The notes beneath the pieces are model-generated. The model was not told where the DNA came from, made no database searches, and worked only from the letters and a program-made list of their open reading frames with translations. Positions 45,669 to 64,000 of a stretch of DNA of 64,000 bases are shown in pieces. Source of the DNA: the human T2T-CHM13v2.0 reference genome, Homo sapiens. Position 1 is the first letter of the stretch. Each line of letters starts with the position of its first letter. The stretch lies in NCBI RefSeq assembly GCF_009914755.1, contig NC_060925.1, one strand, 5' to 3'. Made by a program: the position numbers and the translations under genes.

Positions 45669-46545
45669 TGAAATGGGAAAAATTCCCTCACCCCCCTCAC
45701 CAAGCATGCAATGGGGGTGTGGCTTGCTTCTTCAGTGCCTCACTGCTGAAACCTCTATGGGAGCATACAGGCAGGCAGGCTGTGGGACTCCGACACCATG
45801 GCAGTGTCTGGGGCGAATTGTACAGCTCCTGAAGCCCCAGTGGGTGTGTGTTACATGGTGCTCTTTTAGTCTTGCTCTTTTAGTTTTGACATCTATAGGC
45901 GGCTTGTTTTAACCAGCTAAATTAGACCCTCTACCTTGTCGGAAGGTCAGAGGGCTTTCTGTATCCTGGGTTCTTGCTTTGGTTACCGGAAGAATTGGAT
46001 CACACCTGGGCTTGGAGAATGAGTGCAAGGTTATTTTGAGTGGAGGTAGCTCTCAGCAGCTGGGGGATGCCAGAAGGGGAGGGTTTTCCCCTGGAGTCGG
46101 TTGCTCAATGACCCAACTCTTCTCCAACCACCCCAGACAAACTCCACATCATTTTGCCCATGGGTATGTTCCTCCCAAAGTCCAGCTGCCCGTGTATTCC
46201 TTTGCTGATGTGTTCCTCCGCTGATGTGTGCCTCCACTGATGTGCCCTTCCTGACATCCAGCCCCTTCTGTCTTCTTCTGCCAATCTGCTCCTCTCAATG
46301 TCCAGCAGCTTGTGCATGTGCCTGCTAGGGTATTGGGGGGTTTTATAGGCAGAGAATGGGAGCATGGCAGGCCAGGGTGGTCTTGGGAAATGCAACATTT
46401 GGGCAGAAAATGCTTGTCCTCATCTAGGTCCCTGAGGGTGCAGCCCTAGCCAGAAACCACACCCTCCTTCACCCAGCACTTCCCTTCCCCGCTCTCATAT
46501 CATTTAAAGGGACCACACTCTTCCCTTCCCAGCACTCCCATATCA
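45669..46545 (-). mobile_element. Solo LTR, ERV1 class (LTR1/LTR27/LTR28-like), unit 2 only, antisense in intron 3
   Basis: TG...CA termini, 877 bp, imperfect 4-bp TSD ATAA/AGAA. Empty site 'tgatgagaac' at 20571-20580. Minus-strand TATAAAA at ~46341-46347. Confidence 0.85.
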
Positions 46546-47001
46546 AGAACATTCAAAGCCCTCCTGCCCACCTCAAAGAAGTTCTCTTGAGAGAACTAGC
46601 AAAGCTGGTTCTCAGAGGTCTGTCAGGACAGAATTATCCAGCACATGCTTTCTCACAATATTTTCTTAACAAAAAGAGTTTCCCAGTATGCAGAATATGA
46701 TCTCTTCAGCTCACCAAAGGGCCTGCTATTACAGAACCATTTCAAACTAGGTGCCCAAAGTGCACCTTCATTCAATCCTCGTCCCTTAAAAGCTTGGTGG
46801 TCTTTCCGAATTGCACCTTCCCAAACTACTTTAAATTCAGACACATTCCCTTAAGGAATCTCGTCATGCAGTCTCACCCTCTGATTCCCAGAGTCCAGTC
46901 TCTTCAGCACCATAGCACCCAACCACAGGCCTGGCCCTCCACATTCAGTCTACTCTGATGCCTTTTCTCATGCAACTAATTGCTTTTGAGTCTCCAGTAC
47001 C

Positions 47002-47013
47002 AAAAAAAAAAGA

Positions 47014-47054
<41 letters not shown>

Positions 47055-47192
47055 AGAAAGAGAAAGAAAGGAAAGAAGGAAGGAAGGAAAGAAGGAAGGA
47101 AGGAAGGAAGGAAGGAAGGAAGAAAGAAAGAAAGAAAGAAATAAAGAAAGAAAGAAAGAAAGAGAGGAAGGAAAGAAACAGAAAGAAAAAAA
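47002..47192 (+). repeat. Compound (GAAA)n/(GGAA)n polypurine microsatellite
   Basis: Directly visible. The unit 1 position (21038-21067) is a simple A-run. Confidence 0.95.
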
Positions 47193-48455
47193 CCTTTCCA
47201 GTTTCTACTCGCTCATTTCTTTCAGTACCCCTACAGTGCAAGGAGGGTGTTAAGAGTAACCAGTTTTTCATTTGAATTGTTAACTCTCCGCAGCTCCCAA
47301 CAACAAGAAATGTGAAATGACAGGGGAAGTGTTAGAGGCATCTGTTTCCTAACCATTATCACTCCAAGGCTTAGAAAATATTTCACAATGTTGGTCATTT
47401 CCCCCTTGAAGGTAAACTACTTCCACATTTTCTCTGCCACCAGATTAATTGTTGAAAACATGAGGCTGTCTCTCCAGAAACTCAAATTCCACAGAGACTT
47501 TAAACAGGGCCAAGAATAAAAAAATAAGAAAAAATAATAATCCTTTGCCTAGGAAATTCCTTCCTTCTTCAAGGGAAGGCACTCCGAACACCTCCATGAG
47601 CTTCGCTTCCACACAGCTCAGGGGAGGCGGCAAGGTCCTCCCAGTACAGGTGTTACCAGCAGAGGGCACACTCCTCTCCCCAGTCCTCCACCAGGCTCCA
47701 CAGGAAACGCCAGGGCAGGGTTTAAAGGAAGGTTTATCACCCCGACTTTACATAACCAGGTAAACAGAGTCACAGCCAGAATTGGAAGCAGCTTTCCCAG
47801 GGAATGCACAATCAGGAAAAGAGTGTGGGTTTCCAGCATCTCCCCACAAGCCACTGTTCGCTCAATGACTCCAGGAATGGTCCTGGTGACAAAGTTTTAC
47901 CAGTCCACTCAAAATGAGAAAAATACCAGCAATTATATGTATATTTAAGAGTACATTTCAGAGTGTATATTGCTTATATACAATTGTGTATGGGTGTGTG
48001 TGTGACATAAATTCTTCCAGTGCCCTTTTCTGCCTAAGGACTGGGACTGTCCATATTCTCAGAGTATATCTTCCTGATTTTTTAGTTTTTCAATAATCTG
48101 CCATTAATGGTATTGATGTCACATTGTAATTTTTCAACATCATTACTTGACAGAATATAAAGTGATAATTCTAGGTCCTTTGCCAAAATTACAGTATATA
48201 CACACACACACACAGACACACACATCCATATACCCAAAAGTCTAGAAATTCTTGCTCCCCAGAACCCACATGTCAGTTTCTTTTCATTTTGGTGTTTTTC
48301 CTATGGCTGTAGCATGGCCCAGTCTCAGTCAGAGTCACATAAGAATATACCCCGAGTCTGTTATAACCACTGCACTTGGGAATAAATATCTATGCACGTT
48401 GTTGGGGCCCCTTAGTTATATTTCCTGACACTGACAGAATGCTTTTCGTAGGTAG

Positions 48456-49267
48456 GTACCCAGCTTCTGTTGGAGGCCTGTGTCCAAGCTACAGTGCCAA
48501 TCTTCATCTACACCAGTACCCTAGAGGTAGCCAGGCCCAATTCCTACAAGGAAATCATTCAGAACGGTCATGAAGAAGAGCCTCTGGAAAACACATGGTA
48601 CGCTCCATACCCACACAGCAAAAAGCTTGCTGAGAAGGCTGTGCTGGCGGCTAATGGGCTGACTCTGAAAAACGGTGGCACCTTGTACACTTGTGCCGTA
48701 AGACCAATGTTTATCTATGGGGAAGGAAGCCCAATCCTTTCTGCCGGTATAAATGAGGCCCTAAACAACCATGGAATCCTGTCAAGTTTCAGCAAGTTCT
48801 CCAGAGTCAACCCAGTCTATGTTGGCAACATAGCCTGGGCCCACATTCTGGCCTTGAGGGCCCTGCGGGAGCCCAAGAAGGCCCCAAGTGTCCGAGGACA
48901 GTTCTACTATATCTCAGATGACACGCCTCACCAAAGCTATGATAACCTTAGTTACACCTTGAGCAAAGAGTTCGGCCTCTGCCTTGATTCCAGTTGGAGC
49001 CTGCCTTTATCCCTGACGTACTGGATTGGCTTCCTGCTGGAAATAGTGAGCTTCCTGCCGAGGCCAGTTTACACCTGTCGACCGCCCTTCAACCACCACA
49101 GAGTGACATTGTCAAATAGCGTGTTCACCTTCTCTTACAAGAAGGCTCAGCAAGATCTGGCATATAAGTCACTTTACAGCTGGGAGGAAGCCAAGCAGAA
49201 AACCATGGAGTGGGTTGGTTCCCTTGTGGACTGGCACAAGGAGACCCTGAAGTCCAAGACTCAGTGA
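48456..49267 (+). pseudogene. Copy 2 exon 4: uninterrupted HSD3B reading frame (~270 codons)
   Basis: ORF 48470-49267 contains [19 protein letters not shown] (SDR YxxxK), [20 protein letters not shown] and C-terminal [10 protein letters not shown]. Confidence 0.95.
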
Positions 49268-51070
49268 TCGAAGGATGACAGAGATGTGCATGTGGGTATT
49301 GTTAGGAGATGTCGTCAAGCTCCATCCTCCTGGCTTCATACAGGTGACAAGGGCAAAAGTCCAGGTCCTGCTGCCTCCCTTTCACATAATAGCCAACTTA
49401 TTGTCTTCCTCATGTCATCAAAACCTGCCCAGTCCCTGGCCCAACCAGAAGCTTTCTGTCCTAATCATATACCAGAGGAAAGACAATGTGATTTGCTTTT
49501 TCCATATCTCAGTGGCTGATTCCGAACAATTGTAGTCTCTTCTAACTTGAGGTCATTTTTAACTACTAGAGCTCCATTTCTACTCTTAAATGAGAAAGGA
49601 TTTCTTTTCTTTTAAATCTCCTATTTCTTCACGCAGTCCAATGTAAAGAGCAATAAATGTTTTAATCCTTAACCTGGAGGGAGGTGTAGTTTCTGTTAAT
49701 ACCTAGTTCCCTCCTTTTCTTTTCATTTCCAGGTATCACCATCTTTTACCTAGGAGAGTAGCATGGAGCTGGGGAAGGGGGGTTGGCAGAGTAGTGGGAG
49801 GATCTGGAAGGACGATGAAGACTGAATAAGCTCTACTATGTTTCAGGCATCTACAACATGATCTACATGTGACATATATTCCCTCACTCAATACTTATCA
49901 GAAACCTATCACGTGGGGGTGACTATTCCCATTTTACCCTTAAGGAAACTTGTTCACCATCACACTAATGATTAGTGGCTAGGCCTGCTACCAGGAAGTT
50001 GGTCTTGAAAGACTTTATCTTTCCCTAGAATCATGCAGCCTGAACTGGTCTTATCAGTGGTACAGCAGAGCACTGGAGCATGGGATGCTGATACTTGGGA
50101 GAGCCCCAGCTTTTTGGGGTTACCTCTTTCTTGCCCAATCTGGTACAGGGGAATCTCTAGAACCAAGGATAATCCCTGAGGGGCATCTGAAAGGGTTTGC
50201 ATGCCTTTCCTAATGGGCCTGAGCAGGGCAGAGAGAAACAAAAATGCATCAGGCCTCCACCCGCTTCAGTGTCAATTTATTTGAAGGTCTCTAGAACACA
50301 CCTGGCTATATATGTGTTGGCCATTCTGATCATACATAACCCTGCATTTCACCCTTTCAAATCACACAATGAGCCACACCATGGGTTCCTGGACAAGTAC
50401 AAAAAACAAGTGTGAACTTCCTCCAAAATATACCTTCTACTCAGCCCAAAATTAGAAGTCTACTATCCCACATCCCCAGATTTAACTGTCTCTCTCTTCT
50501 TTCTCCTTCTCTTCTCTAAATCATATCCTTTCTTCCTTTATTCTTCCATATCCTTAGCCTCTTTCTTCTCTCCATCTCCTCTTTAATCACTGGTTCTCTC
50601 ATTCTTCTCAATTTCCCTGAAGAGAGGAGGCCAATCAAGACAAGTTTGGGGACTTCAGTGATGACATAGTCATTAACCAATCAATGAAAACACACTCAAA
50701 AGAAACACTGTCAGGGGCATCAGGGACAGAGTTGAACTGAAGCAGGTGAGGAGGTTGCTGTGGGTCCAGAGTGTGGAGATGGAAGCTGTCTCCCTCTGGA
50801 CCTTTGTGTATCACAGCCATGATGAGAGTCACACCCAACATCAAGATGGCTTTTTTCTTACACAGGAAATTAACAGATCATTACTCAGTTGAATTTGATT
50901 ACCACAATGGAGTTAGTTTCAGTGTTCATTCTGAAGAGAAAAGGGAACCACATTCTGGCCCAGATGAACAGGTTACCACCATCTTCAAAAGCCCAAGGAA
51001 CAGATGATCATCACCAGCGTCAGGGGGGAGTGGCCCCAGGCAGTGGGGTAAGGTGAAAAATGCAACACCC

Positions 51071-57573
<6,503 letters not shown>

Positions 57574-59242
57574 GAAAAATGCAACACCCCTCCTTCCCCA
57601 GCCACTGCACAAAATGCAAGAGCCAGCATCGCTCCAGCTCTTGTAAGGCAAACGCAACATCCATATGTTAATGCCAAATACCATAGGAACCAAAGGAAGG
57701 TGGTGGAATCAGAGACAAGACGCCTTCCCCTGGTTTTTCAGCCTGGTGAAACCCTACACTTACGAAACCACCAGGGCAGTTTTCACAGGCAAAGGAAGGA
57801 AGAGGACATATCTCCAACAGGCAGTGAGGGGTGATCAGCGAAAGAGGCGAGGAGGCCTGATCAGTCAGCCATCTCACTAAAGAGGTACAAAGGCCTCAGA
57901 GTGTTACGGCCAACAAAATGTGCCATTCCTTCTTACAACTGAGGGTGCCAGGCAGAGCTCCTGCACCAAGCCCTGATGCACCTCACAGGATGCACCATAC
58001 AGGGGCGGAAAGGCTTGGAGGGAAAAACAAGGAAGCCTAACCTGGAAGGTACTTTTGGGTCCTTTTTCTCCACCTGGGTGGCTCTGCAGGGTACCTGACA
58101 AAGGAATGAATGAAAGCAAAGGCAAGTGCTCAGCCACCGGCTTAAGGGCTAGGTATATATGAGTACAGAGAATGAAGCTGAGCTGAAGTCACTGGGAAAA
58201 GCCACAGGAGCCAGTGGAGCTTGAATGAGGCCTTGAATTCCTCAGTCCAAGCAATGGGCACAGCCCGAGCAGTGGTGCAGAGGAGGATGGAGGGGCATGA
58301 GGAGGACCTCTGCTTTCTGGAAAGCATGTACAGAGCGCAGATGAGAGAGCTCGGGTGCCAGACTAAGCCACAGACTAGATAGGCAGATTCCAAGGGCCAG
58401 GGTGGGCCCCAGAGCCTGTGATGGACTGGTGAGAACTGGCAGGAAAGTGACAAGAGGCCAACTCTTATGATGTGAAATCCCATGATTTCCAAATATTAGT
58501 GACTAACTCTAAACTTGAAAAAGCAGTGTGAAGATCTGCTCCAGGAGAGGGATGTGTGGGCTAGTGTTCCAACTGTATGTGCAATAATTTATATCTTAAA
58601 AAGTGGGTGGTGAGGTGTCAGCAGCAAATCTGTTCATTCTTGGCGATAAGTCCCAAATATACATTATTATATCACACTCTCAGCTTTCCTGTATGTTTAA
58701 CATAGGTTATAATTTTTTAATAAATTAAATTTGGTGGGGAACAAATATGCAAACTAAGAAAACACACTCACAGCCTGGCCCCAGGATTAAGGCCTCTGAT
58801 TTTCCACTTCTGCTCCCAGTCTAGTGGTCCAGTGCGGGAGATAAAATAGGAGACGTGTTAGGTGCAGTGCACAGTAAATGTGAAGAGTGCCATAAGAAAG
58901 GAAAATGCTTCCGGGAGATCCATTCCCACAGGGGATTCATGGGGTCCTTGCATTTGGGCTAAATATCAGAAGATGGGTAGGATTTCAACAGACAGGAATG
59001 TGAGGGAAAGTATTCCAGGTGGAGACAATGGAGTCTGCAAAGACACAAGTGGGAAAGGGGTCACTTTTAGGGAACAATGAGACCAGACCAGAGAGCACCA
59101 CGCCAGGGAGAAATGGAAGATACACCTGGAAAGACATGATGGGCACACACAGGATCACCCGGGGCCACCCCTGGAGACACCCTGCCTCCTTCCTTCATTG
59201 ACCTCAGAGTAGGAGTTCTGTGTCCCCATTAAAGATGACTTG

Positions 59243-59602
<360 letters not shown>

Positions 59603-62600
59603 TCAATTACTTCACACATACTACATGCCTCATGTTCTCTCAAAAATTGGAATCTATGGGAAAAGAATGTCTCCTCCAGCAATGAATATTGATGGTGATG
59701 CTAAAAGCTGGGACGTCATTCACTCTGCAATGGGAATTGTTCAGCTGTCCCTGGAAGATTACCTTGGCAGCATGTCGTAGGATGGACTGAAAGAGATGAA
59801 GAGGATACTTCAAGATCTAGGTAAGAAATGAAGGCCTGATTTATGTGTTGGTAACAAAATGGAATACAGGGGCAAATGAGGCAGGCCTGAGGCAGAATGG
59901 CCACTAGTTTAGACAGGACTGGGTGTGGGCACAGAACTCTCATGCACCCACTTTTTCAAGACAGAAACCTGGACAGCAGCCCCCCACTCTTCCCACCTAT
60001 CATTTAGTGCTACCAACTTTACCTCCACAACACCTCTTGAATGTGTCCTCTTCCTCCCTGGTAACATCATTCCTACTTGTACCTGCCACAGGCCTCCCTG
60101 TCTTGGAGAGTCACTCATGAAACCTATCCTTAGCAGTGTTGCCAGAGTTGTCTCTCCAAACTAGTCTCACCACGTCATGCCCTTCCTTAAAACCAACCAC
60201 TGGGTGGAGCCCCAGGACTGTCAGGAGGAGCCTGAGAGCCTTAACATAACATAGAGGGCCTCTGAAGCCCTGGGCCCTGCCTAACACCCCAGACTAATTC
60301 TCACCAATCCCTGCCCTGTTCCCAGATTCTCCTACTTTGTGCCTCAACAATTTTCAAAAACTCAGGGCTTCCTGCTTGCAGCATGCTTTTACATCTACCT
60401 AGGCCAGTGCACGGCATTCCTTCTGCTTAGAGGGTGCCCAGCTCTCCTGCCAGCACATCCTTCCCAGCTCCTTATTCACCATCCAAAGCATCTCTTTTAT
60501 AGCCTCTGTGCTTTGTGCATATCTAGTTGCACTGCCATTAATTTTTTATTTATATATCCTGTCCCCCACCCCTACACTGCCATGTCCTGAGGACAGTAAC
60601 TCACCATGTCATATCTCTGTCCCCAGTGACTGACACAAAATAGACACATGGGCTGATGGAGAGATAGATGGATGCACGGATAGAAAGATGAAACACCAAC
60701 AAACTCAAATGTTAGGACGGAGAGAGGAGGGGATGGGGAGTCAGGGAGCACAATGCTTTCAATGACAAAGCAAGAGAGAATTCAAAGACAAATTTTCAGG
60801 GTGTCAATGAACCTGAAGAAGCTCGATCATCATGATGAGAGCTGGAAAAGAGATAAGCCACATAGTGGGTATGGTGCTGAGAATGAACTCATTTGTGTGA
60901 TAGAAAGAGAGAGTGGGGTTGTGAGAGGCCCATGAGCAGGGAAAGGGAAAGGCTGATGAAGGCGAAGCCCAGCTGCCAAGGTTATAAAGGGACTGGGAAT
61001 TGGATCCAAAACCTGAAATGGTGCAAGGCCCAGAGCATTTTTATACTACAAAAAAAAGGAAAAACTGCTTTTGAAAAATGAATTCAGAAGAGAATCTCCC
61101 ACTCTTAGTTGACTCAAGTGAGGACCACGCAACCTCTCTGTCTACATGTGCTTCTTAAGACATCAGGGGACTCTGGTGGAAAATTGAGGGGCGTTCTTTT
61201 TCTTTATCTTGGCCCAAGATCCCACCCAATGGTAATGAGCAGGGAATGGAGTCGGTGATCTGAGGCATGAAAGAGGTTCATTATGAGGAAGTGGAGAGGG
61301 AAGGCTGGATGAAAAGAAAGTGGCTTAGCCACTCTGTCCCCAAAGGCAGGGAGCACTGAGGTCAGTTGCAGACTCCAAAACAGTCAGTAATCTGTTCTGG
61401 AAACCTGAAGTTCCTTATTGAAGAGCGCAATCTTTCCTCAAGAAATGGAAGAACCAGCACTGATGCAGTCAGCCCTTCTTCCAAAACAGGTACTGGCGAC
61501 AGAGAGGTGGGCGTGATATGGGTTCCGGGCCTATTGTCATCTTAGCATGAACGCTGGCCACTAAAGTAAGAATACCCTTCTCATGAGCCTGGCACTAACT
61601 CCCTCCTGCACTAGCTGGAGTCTGTCAAATCCCTGGTGTAGCTCTGAGCAGAGCAGCTCTCTGGGCACAAGGCCGGTGAGGTCACCCAGGGCCTGTGCTT
61701 GGCTTAAGGGGCTGCCATGGGACCCCACATTTCATTTTGCACTGATCCCTGTAAAATACACAGGCAGTCCTGACTGAGAGAACTTCTTTCAGCAGCAGGC
61801 AAAACACCTATTGCTGACCTAGCATGGTTAAATAGAAAAGGCTTCCTGACTCCTACAGGACAGATCAATGTCTTTGTGGAGTTCAGATTTTAGAGCAAAG
61901 AAAGTTTCATCAGGCATGGTAGGGCACACCTGTATTCCCAGCTACTGGGAGGCTGAGGGGAAAGATCACTTGAATCCAGGAATTCAACATCAGACAAGAC
62001 TTCATCTCTAAAATTTTTATTAAATTGAAGTTAAAGAGGGATCTAGAGACCATTACTCCAGCTTTTAACTGTGGGTTCCTTTCCTGCTTTCATTTTACTG
62101 ATGAGAAAACTGAGGCCTGGGAAGTGAGATGACCTTTCCAACGTTCACTTAGACAACTGTCTGTAATGGTGACCAATGATTTGCTACCTTTGAGGTAAAA
62201 TATTTATTAAGGGAAAAAAAACTGGGATGAGAGACATTTGGAAACAGGGCAGAGGGTAGGTTTAATGAGAAGTCTGCTGTCTAAACCATCTATCTTGCCT
62301 ATATAACCCAACCTCTCATCTGAACATCAGCTTGTGGACGTGGATGTTGCATAAATGGAGACAGGCAGGTGCTTCATGGTAAAGAAATGAAAGTAGTTGG
62401 GGGTGAGAGGGACTAAGGAAAGGGGTCAAGGAGGGCAAAAAACAAGCGAGTATTCTTTTGTTTTAGAAGAAGAATATTTTTGCAAATAAGAGTGAAGAGT
62501 GAAAATCCTGGGTTCTGATTTCAATTTTGTCATCGAAGTTAAGCAAATCTCTTCAGCTTCCTGGGTCTGTTTTCTTTCCTACAAAATGAAGGTTATGGCT

Positions 62601-63650
62601 CATTTCTAAGGTCTTTTGCCAGTGACATTGGGCTGCAAAAGTGTAAGATGATTTGCATCCTCTGGCACCTGCACACTTCTGCCACTAAACTTCGTAATAA
62701 CATAAGCCTCCTTGTGCTTATTTGTTTGTGTGAAGCCAAAGCTATTTGAGAAAGTGGTTTCCCAGTCATTCGTGGCTCTAGTGGCACATGGCACCTCACT
62801 GGAAAAGGGGCGTCATACCTCTCATAGGGTTGTAAAGGATCAAGAAGTGGGCCAAGTAGGAACCGATTCCCTCCTTCCCTGATATCTGATGACCACTGAA
62901 CTGCAGAACTTAATGCTGACTTAAATACAGCCTTTTGTTTTGGCATTAAGCTATAGATGTTTCCCAAGAAGGTTTTAAAACTCTTAGACAATCACTAGAA
63001 ATTAAAATGGGCAGGACCAATAGAGTCAGTGCCTACTGAAAAGGAATCAGAAACCCAGAAAAGTCATGCCTTGCTCAAGTCCACTGCCAGTTAATGCCAA
63101 AGCTCTGCCCTGCTCACTCCACACACAGCACACCCTCAAAGGAGGAGCAGAACTAGTTCCTTCTTTCTTCCTGTTCTCAGGAAAGGGAGGCCATGCCTTC
63201 TCACTTCCTCTTCACCCTGCCCTAGGAGCTGGAAATCCCAGAGGACAGAGTCCATATGCACTGCAACTGCCTCTCTCCTCCTTCTGGGATCCCAGGAGCT
63301 ATGATACAAGACTTTAGGATGCCCCTCAGCAGCCCCTTCTCTGCAGCACTGAGCACGACCACCTTGTAACCACCTTGCTTCCTAACATTCACACAAGCCC
63401 GTGAATCTTACAAGAGCCTTCATGTTTGTCATTTTGTTTGATTTGATTTTCCCACACCTCATACCTGCATCTTTCCACTGCACAGATGAGAGCAAGATCA
63501 AGAATACCTATAGGGCTTGGTCTAGGCTGCAGCAGCATTGAACAGTGGCTGTATCAGTCCAGTGAATCTCAGGCTGTGAAGTCATGTCTGTGATTTCTAC
63601 CTACTCTATTAACTTCAACACAGAAAGCAGTAGAGCTGCTTCAGGTGAAA

Positions 63651-63935
63651 CCTTGAGGTGACCCTCATTTCAGACATTCACTAATGCTACCCCTAACAAG
63701 AGAAATGTCTAGCCAGATACTTTTCCAGCCCCTTGACAAAGTGAATTAGCTTTTCCAAGGTCACACACTGTCCCTTCCCTCACCCAACAAAGCCAGGTAC
63801 AGTCGACATTGCCTGATTTGCAGCAGTGGTGGAAACTCTGACTTATAGTTGCAAAGTCCTTGGCAGAGAATCTGCTTAACTCTGAGCCTTTGTTGAATGT
63901 ACCATCTTACCCTAGCATAACATGTGAAGCCTTGA
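63651..63935. promoter_or_regulatory. Candidate NR5A motif cluster, unit 2
   Basis: Five YCAAGG cores at 63651, 63731, 63755 (full CCAAGGTCA), 63858 and 63930. Confidence 0.4.
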
Positions 63936-64000
63936 CATGAAGTTCCCCCCTGTCCACCTCCCATCCCTTGCAGCCCCAGGGGCCAAATCCTTAAAGTCAT

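Noticed and set aside
46300-46330. p53 response element in the ERV1 LTR
   Set aside because: CWWG cores are present but the flanks match RRRCWWGYYY poorly.
46945-47275. K/E/R-rich and F/L/S-rich ORFs
   Set aside because: Translations of the GAAA/GGAA microsatellite.
48470-49267. 265-aa ORF as a functional HSD3B1/HSD3B2 gene
   Set aside because: It starts at an internal TTG of exon 4, and the upstream exons carry a stop at codon 17 and a frameshift.

Overview
Primate genomic DNA, almost certainly human (it contains an AluYa5), from the 3-beta-hydroxysteroid dehydrogenase (HSD3B) gene cluster. No intact protein-coding gene, RNA gene or CRISPR array is visible. Positions 1-8.1 kb are mostly L1/LTR/Alu debris. 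The rest is a direct tandem duplication: unit 1 spans ~8118-33132 and unit 2 spans 33133 to the window end, roughly 80-90% identical by eye. Each unit has a minus-strand full-length GAPDH processed pseudogene (same insertion site and TSD in both), a plus-strand four-exon unprocessed HSD3B pseudogene, and a 3' spacer. Copy 1 is heavily decayed. Copy 2 has one early stop, one 2-bp frameshift and a fully open exon 4. From my recall of cluster order and spacing these are probably HSD3BP3/HSD3BP4 with GAPDHP32/GAPDHP27 (not verified). Unit 2 gained an HML-6-type solo LTR in its promoter, an ERV1 LTR in intron 3, a full-length L1PA containing an AluYa5, and an AluS. Best leads: a duplicated dense cluster of NR5A (SF-1/LRH-1) cores, HSD3B2 disease-equivalent alleles in copy 1, a possible 286-aa truncated product from copy 2, and exon-like remnants of a possible second, unannotated gene in the spacer.
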